Below, one piece after another: positions 49,988 through 58,169 of a stretch of 64,000 nt of DNA. Source of the DNA: an uncultured Lentisphaerales bacterium (GTDB lineage Bacteria > Verrucomicrobiota > Lentisphaeria > JABSQK01 > UBA12247); assembly GCA_943788985.1 (NCBI GenBank), contig CALSSJ010000022.1:1-64000 (forward strand), given 5' to 3'. Position 1 is the stretch's first letter. Each line of letters opens with the position of its first letter. A program made the translations under genes and the position numbers. The notes under the pieces were generated by a model. That model had not been told where the DNA came from. It did not search any database and worked only from the letters and a program-made list of their open reading frames with translations.

Positions 49988-51844
49988 ATGGAGATTCTGG
50001 CTGCTACCAATAACGCGCACAAGCTTTTTGAACTCAAGCAACTGTTGGCTGCATTGGGGATATCTGTGCGCGGCGCCGAAGATGTGGGTGGGATTCCGGA
50101 GGTAGACGAGGATGCCCCCACCTTCAAGGGGAATGCGCTGAAGAAGGCCATCTCGGCGGCCCAGCATGCCAATTGCGTGGCGCTGGCCGATGACTCGGGG
50201 CTGGAGGTATTCAGCCTGAATCGTGATCCGGGCGTGATGAGCGCCCGCTACGCTGGCACGCACGGTGACGATGTTGCGAACATCGCAAAAGTTCTGGATG
50301 CGCTAGAGGATTGCGAGGATCGCAGAGCACGCTTTGTCTGCGCGATCGCTGTCGCCCGGCCGAATGGCCAGGCGGATGTGGTGGAGGGAGACGTTTATGG
50401 CACGATTACGCACAAGCCGCGGGGAGACCGCGGCTTTGGCTACGACCCTATTTTTATCCCGGATGGCGACGACCGTACGTTTGGCGAATTTACGCCGGCT
50501 GAGAAGGATAAGATTAGCCACCGATCGGCAGCACTGCGCGCCGCGACTGCCTGCAAGCTGTTTGAGTCTGTGCTCGGCCAGCCCTCGTCCGCGGACCTGT
50601 TTGAGCGGGCCATTGCGGTAATTCCGGGCGGGGTGAATAGTCCGGTGCGGGCATTTGGCTCTGTGGGTGGCGAGCCGTTGTACGTGAAGTCCGGAACTGG
50701 AGCGCGCTTCGAATCCGTGGAGGGCACGCAATTTCTGGATTTCTGCTGCTCATGGGGGCCGTTGATTTTGGGGCATGCGCATCCTGAAGTGGTGGACGCT
50801 GTGCAGCGAGCGAGCGAAGCTGGGCTGTCCTACGGTCTAAACACGCCAGGCGAAGTAGAGATCGCCGAGACTATTTCGCGGCTTGTGCCGGAGATGGAGA
50901 TGGTGCGTCTGGTGAACTCGGGGACCGAGGCCACGATGACGGCGCTGCGCTTGGCCCGCGGGGTTACGGGGCGGCGGAAGATGATCAAGTTTGACGGTTG
51001 CTACCACGGACACTCGGACCAACTGCTGGTTGCGGCGGGAAGTGGCTTGCTGACGGGGGGGATTTCCTCATCTGCGGGCGTGTCTGGTGACGATGTCTTT
51101 GTCGCGCCATACAACGATCTCCGCGCCGTGCGCGAGATCATTCACGCACACGGGCAGGAGCTGGCGGCGATTATCGTGGAGCCGGTCGCAGGCAACATGG
51201 GCTATGTTTGCCCGAATGATGGTTTCCTCCAAGGGCTGCGCGCTCTGGCGGATGATTGCGGGGCGCTGCTGATTTTCGATGAGGTGATCACTGGCTTTCG
51301 CTTTGGCGCTACGACCTACGGGCACCTGCGCGGGATTAGCCCAGATTTGACTTGTCTGGGCAAGGTGATTGGCGGTGGACTGCCGATTGGCGCAATCGGT
51401 GGCTCGGCGCAGCACATGACGCGACTGGCTCCGCTGGGAGACGTCTACCAGGCTGGGACTCTGAGCGGGAACCCGGTGGCAGTGGCGGCCGGACTCACGA
51501 CGCTGCGGATTCTCGAGCGCGATAACCCGTATCCGCGTCTGGCCGAGCTGGGAACTGCAGCCCGAGATGGGTTGAACGAGCTACTGCAGGCAGCGCCGTT
51601 TCCCGCGCACTGTGCCGGGCAGGGGAGTGTGTTTACCATCTTTTTCGGCGAGGGGCCTATCGGAGATCTTAGTGGTGCTAAGGCCTGCGATACGGAGCGT
51701 TATGCTTCCTGCTTTCGCAGCATGAGGCGTGGAGGCGTGTATTTGCCGCCATCACAATTCGAACTTTCCTTTCTTTCGGCAGCGCACCACGAGGCCGATG
51801 TGGAGATGTTGATGTCGCGAATGGCGGCATGGCTCCGAGAGTGA
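49988..51844 (+). CDS. rdgB-hemL: Fusion of RdgB/Ham1 dITP/XTP pyrophosphatase and glutamate-1-semialdehyde 2,1-aminomutase
   Basis: N-part ATNNAHK, NALKKA, ADDSGLEV, GFGYDPIF, SHR; C-part PGGVNSPVRAF, NSGTEAT, GCYHGHSD, DEVITGFR, LGKVIGGG, YQAGTLSGNP, PSQFE; no stop between the parts. Confidence 0.88.
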   Translation: MEILAATNNAHKLFELKQLLAALGISVRGAEDVGGIPEVDEDAPTFKGNALKKAISAAQHANCVALADDSGLEVFSLNRDPGVMSARYAGTHGDDVANIAKVLDALEDCEDRRARFVCAIAVARPNGQADVVEGDVYGTITHKPRGDRGFGYDPIFIPDGDDRTFGEFTPAEKDKISHRSAALRAATACKLFESVLGQPSSADLFERAIAVIPGGVNSPVRAFGSVGGEPLYVKSGTGARFESVEGTQFLDFCCSWGPLILGHAHPEVVDAVQRASEAGLSYGLNTPGEVEIAETISRLVPEMEMVRLVNSGTEATMTALRLARGVTGRRKMIKFDGCYHGHSDQLLVAAGSGLLTGGISSSAGVSGDDVFVAPYNDLRAVREIIHAHGQELAAIIVEPVAGNMGYVCPNDGFLQGLRALADDCGALLIFDEVITGFRFGATTYGHLRGISPDLTCLGKVIGGGLPIGAIGGSAQHMTRLAPLGDVYQAGTLSGNPVAVAAGLTTLRILERDNPYPRLAELGTAARDGLNELLQAAPFPAHCAGQGSVFTIFFGEGPIGDLSGAKACDTERYASCFRSMRRGGVYLPPSQFELSFLSAAHHEADVEMLMSRMAAWLRE

Positions 51845-51850
51845 TAAACA

Positions 51851-52702
51851 ATGTACATCAGTGAGCATTCGTTCTCTGATTTCTTTTCTCCGGACCTGGT
51901 CAAGGCCATGGCCAGCGAGTGCAGTTCGATTATTCCGGAGCCGGATACGATTCTGTTCGAGGAGGAAGATGCACCGGACCTAATGTATCTGGTGCTTGAG
52001 GGCCGCGTGCTGTTGTCCAAGCAAACGATCCAGGGGCATCATGTCGCAATCGCGACTGTGGAGGGACACGACTATTTTGGGGAGTTTGGCGTGGTCGATG
52101 ATCTGGTGCGGAGCGCGCGGGCCATTACGGATGGCTACTTGGAGATGGCGACGATTCCAGTGGATTTGGCGCGGCGCTACATCCAGCTGGCGCCCGGTAG
52201 CGCCTTGCTGGGGATGACCACTGAATTGCAAGATTACGCGAAGGGGCAGAACACCTGTGTGCTGACCCCGATCGATCCGGCGGACGTGGTGGAATCTGTG
52301 TGGATTGCCAATCGCACCTATCTGGAGAATCGGGATATCGGGCTGATTATCGACGCCGAGCCGTGCAAAATACGTGGTGATGCCACCGAGTTGGAACGTA
52401 TGATCCAGAATTCACTGAACAATTCGGCGGAGGCGTTGGCCAGTGGCGGGGAGATCGAAGTCTCATGCGGTGGCGATGACGCTGGGGGGACTGTGACCTT
52501 ACGGGTGGCGGATAATGGCCCGAGGATTCCAGAGTCCATCGGGGAGGCGCTGTTTGAGCCATTTGTGACGGAAGGGAAGCGGCCGGGCACCGGGCTGGGA
52601 ATGGCGATTGCGAAGTCCGCAGTCGAAGCCCACGGCGGATCCATCGTGCTGGAAGACACGTCAAGTGGGGCGTCGTTTCGGATCGAACTGGCTGCTCTTT
52701 AG
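51851..52702 (+). CDS. cNMP-binding domain fused to HATPase_c without a HisKA/DHp domain (possible internally deleted histidine kinase)
   Basis: LFEEEDAPDLMYLVLEG...FGEFGVVDDLVRSARA; N-box QNSLNNSAEA, DNGPRIP, LFEPFVT, GTGLGMAI. Confidence 0.75.
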   Translation: MYISEHSFSDFFSPDLVKAMASECSSIIPEPDTILFEEEDAPDLMYLVLEGRVLLSKQTIQGHHVAIATVEGHDYFGEFGVVDDLVRSARAITDGYLEMATIPVDLARRYIQLAPGSALLGMTTELQDYAKGQNTCVLTPIDPADVVESVWIANRTYLENRDIGLIIDAEPCKIRGDATELERMIQNSLNNSAEALASGGEIEVSCGGDDAGGTVTLRVADNGPRIPESIGEALFEPFVTEGKRPGTGLGMAIAKSAVEAHGGSIVLEDTSSGASFRIELAAL

Positions 52703-52721
52703 GGACGGGGTCGTGGCGCAC

Positions 52722-53651
52722 ATGCATTCGGCAGATTTGCTGACCGTAAGTCCGAACTCCGGCTGGCAGGTTACGCTAGAGTTTCCCTCGTTGACGCTGG
52801 GCGGTGTGAATCGCGCTTGCGCCCGTACTGAGCGGCCCGGTGGCAAGGGTTCTCATTTTGCGATGGCGGCGAATACGCTAAAGCCAGGCTCAACTGCTGT
52901 GGCGCACTGCCTTGGGGGAGAGCCGGGACGCCGGGTGCGTGTGGCACTGGACGCGTTGCGGACTCCGCAAATTGTGGGGGCGATTGCGGAGCGAACGCGC
53001 ATCTGCACCACCTTGGTAAATGTGCAGAAGGGCGAGGCGACGGAGCTTCTCGAGCCTTCGCCAGTAGTGACCGTGGCGGAGGCTGAGCGGTTTGAGGCAG
53101 CAGTGCGCGAAGCGGCCGTAAGGATGCGCGGGCTTGCCTTCTGCGGCACATTGCCGGAGGGCCTTCCTCATGATTTTTATGCGCGAGTTGCGAATTTCGC
53201 AAAGCCTGATACCTGGGTTTTGCTTGATGGCTGTCGGAAGGTGGAGGATTTGCTGGAGACAGGGCAGGTGAGGATTCTGAAGGTCAATGAGGAAGAGTTG
53301 TCTGAACTCTGTGGGACAGCTGATTTGCGTAAGGCCGCGGACCTGTGCCTCGAGCGCTGGGGGATCGAGTGGGTAGGGGTGACGGCTGGGCCGGAACAGG
53401 CTTGGTTGATCGGCCAGAACGATACGTTTTCATTCAAAATTCCGCCTGTCCAGGCTCGCAATCCGATTGGTGCAGGCGATACTGTGGCTGGGGTGATGAT
53501 GCGCTTTCTACTGGATGGGGGTGCTCCTGAGCGGGCGTTTCGATATGGCTTGGCCGCGGCATCCGCATCGTGTGAATCGTTGACTGGCGCTGAGTTTTCT
53601 CCACTGCGGATGGAGGTGCTTGCAGCGAATGTGGAGGTAAAGAAGCAATGA
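52722..53651 (+). CDS. PfkB family sugar kinase (1-phosphofructokinase/tagatose-6-P kinase-like)
   Basis: TVSPNSG, PGGKGSH, TRICTT, CGTLP, LKVNEEEL, NPIGAGD. Confidence 0.87.
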   Translation: MHSADLLTVSPNSGWQVTLEFPSLTLGGVNRACARTERPGGKGSHFAMAANTLKPGSTAVAHCLGGEPGRRVRVALDALRTPQIVGAIAERTRICTTLVNVQKGEATELLEPSPVVTVAEAERFEAAVREAAVRMRGLAFCGTLPEGLPHDFYARVANFAKPDTWVLLDGCRKVEDLLETGQVRILKVNEEELSELCGTADLRKAADLCLERWGIEWVGVTAGPEQAWLIGQNDTFSFKIPPVQARNPIGAGDTVAGVMMRFLLDGGAPERAFRYGLAAASASCESLTGAEFSPLRMEVLAANVEVKKQ

Positions 53652-54646
53652 GCGAAGATCTAGGCAAGGTGCGTTTGCACACAAACTTGCGTTTTATCCG
53701 GGAGATTGCCGCGGGGGCGATGGGGACGGTTTTTGAGGCAGAGGACAGCGGTGCGGAGGGGTTTACCAAGCGCGTCGCGGTCAAGCGTCTGCATCCGGAA
53801 CTCAGCAAGAAGCGGCCGTTTGTGGAGATGTTTATCCAGGAAGCCAAGCTGGTCGCGGACTTGGTGCATGAGAATATCGTCCAGATCTACCAGCTTATTT
53901 CCGCGGGTGGAAAGCACTACATCCTAATGGAGTATGTGCATGGGATGCCGCTGTCGCACATGTGTCGGGTATTGAATGCGACCGGTCAGCGCGTGCCAAA
54001 TAACCTGGCAATTTTTATTGCGGCTCGTATTGCCCGTGGGCTCTCGTATGCGCATTCGCGGCGAGACAACGAGGGCCGGCCGCTGCAGGTGGTGCACCGG
54101 GATATCTGTCCGCACAACGTGCTGATTAATACGGAAGGCCAGCCCAAGATCACAGACTTTGGGATTGCCCTAGCTGCAAATCGCGCGACGACGCTCGACG
54201 ATGGTGCGGTCTGCGGCAAGGGGCCATACATGTCTCCAGAGCAGGCTGCCGTGCGGGAGGTGGACTTTCGCACTGATATCTTCGCGCTCGGGACAGTGTT
54301 GTTTCAGCTGCTCTCCGGCACGCCCGTGCGCCAGGCGACGACGATGACGCAGGCGATTGCGATGGCCCGGGCTACGGTGATCGATTGGGATGCATTGCCG
54401 GCTGACCTGCCGGACGATCAGATGGCGATCCTGCGCAGAGCGCTGGCGGCAGACAGGAACGATCGGTTCGAGTCTGCGGATGTGTTTGGGAAAGCCCTCG
54501 AGTACGAGATTTACAAGGGAGGCTATGGGCCGACGATTCAGACCCTTGAGGAGTATCTGCGCGCGGAGTTCCCCTACCTATACACTAACGAACGGCCCAT
54601 CTCCGAACGACTCGGTGAAATCGAGCGGACGCTCATCACGACCTGA
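53648..54646 (+). CDS. Ser/Thr protein kinase (soluble)
   Basis: IAAGAMGTVF, VAVKRL, HENIVQ, HRDICPHN, DFGIA, GKGPYMSPEQ, DIFALG; ATGA overlap with pfkB. Confidence 0.92.
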   Translation: MSEDLGKVRLHTNLRFIREIAAGAMGTVFEAEDSGAEGFTKRVAVKRLHPELSKKRPFVEMFIQEAKLVADLVHENIVQIYQLISAGGKHYILMEYVHGMPLSHMCRVLNATGQRVPNNLAIFIAARIARGLSYAHSRRDNEGRPLQVVHRDICPHNVLINTEGQPKITDFGIALAANRATTLDDGAVCGKGPYMSPEQAAVREVDFRTDIFALGTVLFQLLSGTPVRQATTMTQAIAMARATVIDWDALPADLPDDQMAILRRALAADRNDRFESADVFGKALEYEIYKGGYGPTIQTLEEYLRAEFPYLYTNERPISERLGEIERTLITT

Positions 54647-54670
54647 TTCGTATGGCGCCCGCGCTGCGTG

Positions 54671-56314
54671 TCACTCGCCTGCGAACTGGCAGAGGCGGTC
54701 GATGTCTGCTTGCCCACGATGCTTTTTCAGTTCTGGCCTCTCGGCGAGTGAGTGGGCTGCGGCTAGCGAGCTGGAGAGCTGCCAGCGGGTCCAGGCTGGC
54801 GCGCTCTTTGGGAGCTGCGCCAGATCTTGACTGATGATGGCGGCGATCCCGTGGCGAACGATTTCGGCTTGCGGGTCTCCTGCGGGGGCGTAATCCAGCA
54901 AACGAGCCAAGTGGGGAATCGCAGCAGGGCTGAGGTTTTTGAGGCAAAGGGGGCGCAAGGCGCGTCGCCGTCGCTCGGCGTCCTCGGGATCGGAATCTGT
55001 AACTGCCAGTACGCGGCTGACGTTGAACTGGGTGCATACGACATCCAGCGGCGTGATGGCCAGCAGGGTAAGCGCCACCAGAAAGGCGCGCAGATCCATG
55101 CGCACGAGCCAGAGAAACGAACGTCGCTGGGCTAACTTCCAGACCATGAGTCCTAGGCCGCTGATGACCAAAGCCACGCCGTATATGCCAGTCACACGCA
55201 GGTGGGTGAGCCCACTGAAGTCTACATACATCACAATGCGGACGAGTGCGCTGGCAGCGAGGATGACGTTCTGAGCAGCCCAGAGGAAGGCAAGCTTGCG
55301 GAGCAACCTGGCCCTAGGATGGAAGTTCAGGCCACCTTGAAAGGCAATCCCGATCACGACGGCGCTGAGCAAGAGTGCGCCGGTTAGCCAAGCACAGCCG
55401 CTGTGGGTGTACTGTGTCCAGCTGATTCCTTCCGGGAGGCTGCCATCAAGATAAAGGTGGTGACCGTCCAAGATGTTGTAGAGCAGAAACAGAATGTTCA
55501 CACTGATGAAGGTGGCGCGAGATACGGCGAACCCATCGCCAGCTTCCGCCTTCTCCTCAGCAACGGGGCGTAGGTTTTGGGACCAGCTTGCAAGCTGGTC
55601 TATGAGCTGGAGTTTCGCCAATGGGCGGACCAAAGCGGCCATGACTGCGGCCCAAAACAGCCAGTGAACAGGACGGGCGGGCTGGAATCCTTCGAGAAAG
55701 AGCTCGAAGACATCGCCGATCCAGCCAGTGGCACTGTCGAAAATCGTGCCCACGACTGGGTTGGCTGCGCTGAAAATCCAGGCAAATACGCAGGTTACCA
55801 CGACGGGGATAATAGCGATGCGCAGCACGTTGGCGAGGGCCACGCCGCGGGAGATCGGCGCCAAACGAGCTGCCGAGATGACGTGGGCCAGCAGCCGGAA
55901 CGGCGCGAGTGCGAGACAGGCAGGCAGCGCCGCTATGGCCTCGGTGATGCGCCAGTTTCGGGCCTCTAGCTTGCAGGCGTAGAAGCCGATGAAAACGAAC
56001 GCGAGCGTTGCCTGTAGCCACCAAAAGTTCCAGAGTGCCATCACGGCGATGGCGAGGCAGGCACCGCCGTACAGGATTGAGCCGGTAACCCAGCGCTGGC
56101 GGGCGATTGGCAGACAGATCACGGTTCCAGCGATCAGTGCCGCGAATCCGGCACCACCGGGTGCCGTCCACAGACAAAAGTCGGCGAGCAGTGCCAGGAA
56201 GACAACAGCTAGGGTCTCACGGGCTGGAATCTTTGCGCCAAGAATGGCGACCTGAATCCAACCACAGCCGCCCTGCTCGTTTTCTGGCTCTTTAATTTCT
56301 GGTGGAATGTCCAT
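54671..56314 (-). CDS. DUF4153/DUF4173 family multi-pass membrane protein
   Basis: FSAANPVV, NILFLLY, YTHSGCAWL, RIVMYVDFSGLTHLR; more than 10 TM segments. Confidence 0.75.
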   Translation of the reverse strand: MDIPPEIKEPENEQGGCGWIQVAILGAKIPARETLAVVFLALLADFCLWTAPGGAGFAALIAGTVICLPIARQRWVTGSILYGGACLAIAVMALWNFWWLQATLAFVFIGFYACKLEARNWRITEAIAALPACLALAPFRLLAHVISAARLAPISRGVALANVLRIAIIPVVVTCVFAWIFSAANPVVGTIFDSATGWIGDVFELFLEGFQPARPVHWLFWAAVMAALVRPLAKLQLIDQLASWSQNLRPVAEEKAEAGDGFAVSRATFISVNILFLLYNILDGHHLYLDGSLPEGISWTQYTHSGCAWLTGALLLSAVVIGIAFQGGLNFHPRARLLRKLAFLWAAQNVILAASALVRIVMYVDFSGLTHLRVTGIYGVALVISGLGLMVWKLAQRRSFLWLVRMDLRAFLVALTLLAITPLDVVCTQFNVSRVLAVTDSDPEDAERRRRALRPLCLKNLSPAAIPHLARLLDYAPAGDPQAEIVRHGIAAIISQDLAQLPKSAPAWTRWQLSSSLAAAHSLAERPELKKHRGQADIDRLCQFAGE

Positions 56315-56374
56315 GTCGTGCGCCCCCGTTTTGATTCAATACCAGACAATATGAACGGCAAACATGGCCAGACT

Positions 56375-56412
56375 GTGAATCGTAGGTGAATAAGAAATGA
56401 AACGTTTGTGAA
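56375..56412 (-). promoter_or_regulatory. Four TTCAY boxes at 11-bp period (OmpR/PhoB-family site, cre-tag-like)
   Basis: Minus strand: TTCAC-aaacgt-TTCAT-ttctta-TTCAC-ctacga-TTCAC, about 60 bp before the DUF4153 start. Confidence 0.6.
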
Positions 56413-56525
56413 ATCGTGCCAGCCTGTGGTCAAAAACTTTGGGGAGGGATCGGTCGGTTTCTTTTGACTTGCTTGCGGGTTGCCCGAGAATGGACGGCCG
56501 TCTGCCCGCTCTGAACGAGGATCGC

Positions 56526-58031
56526 ATGTCTATCGTCCCAATGATCGTATTCGCTGTGTATTGCTTGGCTTCTATGGGCCTACTCTTCTATGCGATCAAC
56601 TGCTATGTCATGCTGGTGCTGTTCGCCCGGCGCCGTGAGAGTGCGGAGGCAGCGGCAGCGGCCTGTCTTGATGCTTGCGCCGACCTGCCAGACGAGCAGT
56701 GGCCGCAGGTCACGACGCAGCTGCCGCTCTTTAATGAGCGAAATGTGGCTGAACGGGTGATTCGTGCGGCTGCAGCGATGAACTATCCGTCTGACCGACA
56801 CGAGATTCAGGTGCTGGACGATTCGGATGACCAAACGTGCGCGCTGGTGGACGCCGTCGTCGCGGAACTGGCGGCATCCGGGCACGATATCAAAGTCCTG
56901 CGGCGGGATAATCGGACCGGTTTTAAGGCAGGTGCGCTGGCGGCGGGGACGGCGGTGGCCAAGGGCGAGTATTTGGCAATTTTTGATGCAGATTTCATCC
57001 CGCATGTGGAGTTTCTGCGCCGAGCCATGCCAGAGTTTCTGGCAGATCATGAAGTGGGACTGGTTCAGGCGCGTTGGGGGCATATCAACCGTCAGAGCTC
57101 GCTGCTCACGCGTATTCAGGCCATTGGGATCGACGGGCACTTTATGGTCGAGCAGCCCGCGCGCGCTTGGAACGGCCTGTATATGAATTTCAACGGCACG
57201 GCGGGGGTCTGGCGCAAGCAGGCAATCGCGGACGCCGGAGGCTGGGAGTGGGACACGCTGACGGAAGATATGGACCTGAGCTATCGGATGCAGTTCGCTG
57301 GCTGGAAGACTCGCTACCAGTTGTTCAATGTGGCACCGGCTGAACTTCCTGAGAATATTCTGGCCTTTAAATCGCAGCAGTTCCGCTGGGCCAAAGGCTC
57401 GATCCAGACTGCGCGCAAGTTACTGCCGCGGGTTTTTCGCGCTCCTACGCCGCTGTTCACCAAGTTGCAGGCAGTGCTGCACTTGACGCACTACTGCATT
57501 CACCCGCTGATGTTGACCTTGGCCTTTCTGGCGCTGCCGGTGATGCTGACGACGCGGGTGGTGCTTTCGCCGACGGTATACGGGGTGGTAGGCGTTTTGC
57601 TGTTATTCTCGATGACGGCGCCCTCGACGCTGTATGTGGGAAGTCAGCGCGCCGCTTACGCTGACTGGCTGAGCCGGATCCGGCATTTACCGTTCTTGGT
57701 CTGCATGGGCGTGGGGCTGGCGGTGTCGAATACGCTGGCCGTGTTGGAGGCGCTGTGCGGCATGGAGAGCGGGTTTGTGCGGACCCCAAAACAGGGGGAC
57801 TCGGACGAGGCGGCTTACCGGATCCCGCTGTCTCCTGTTGTGCTGATTGAACTGCTGATGGGGGTCTACTGCTCCGTTTCGTTCTCGACCTATATTCTGG
57901 TCGGGCAGTACTGGGTGGGGCCGTTTCTTGCAATCTACGCAGCGGGCTTTCTGGCGGTTGGCCTGCTGAGCCTTGCGCATTGTTTTGGCTTGGGAATGCG
58001 CCAGCCCAGGCTGCAGGTCTGCACTGACTGA
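56526..58031 (+). CDS. Processive GT2, cellulose synthase-like (CslA-type) glycosyltransferase
   Basis: QLPLFNE, VLDDS, GFKAGAL, FDADF, NFNGTAG, TEDMDLS, QQFRW; TM helices. Confidence 0.9.
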   Translation: MSIVPMIVFAVYCLASMGLLFYAINCYVMLVLFARRRESAEAAAAACLDACADLPDEQWPQVTTQLPLFNERNVAERVIRAAAAMNYPSDRHEIQVLDDSDDQTCALVDAVVAELAASGHDIKVLRRDNRTGFKAGALAAGTAVAKGEYLAIFDADFIPHVEFLRRAMPEFLADHEVGLVQARWGHINRQSSLLTRIQAIGIDGHFMVEQPARAWNGLYMNFNGTAGVWRKQAIADAGGWEWDTLTEDMDLSYRMQFAGWKTRYQLFNVAPAELPENILAFKSQQFRWAKGSIQTARKLLPRVFRAPTPLFTKLQAVLHLTHYCIHPLMLTLAFLALPVMLTTRVVLSPTVYGVVGVLLLFSMTAPSTLYVGSQRAAYADWLSRIRHLPFLVCMGVGLAVSNTLAVLEALCGMESGFVRTPKQGDSDEAAYRIPLSPVVLIELLMGVYCSVSFSTYILVGQYWVGPFLAIYAAGFLAVGLLSLAHCFGLGMRQPRLQVCTD

Positions 58032-58169
58032 GCAGCAAGACGAATGGGCGCTTGACGCACACGGGTTATCGTCGACAGTATGCGCTTGACGAACTCGAAA
58101 GAGAATACCACTTCCAAATGCTGGTAAGATCGGTGCGAAATTTATATCTGGGGCTAGCTGCGGGTACAC

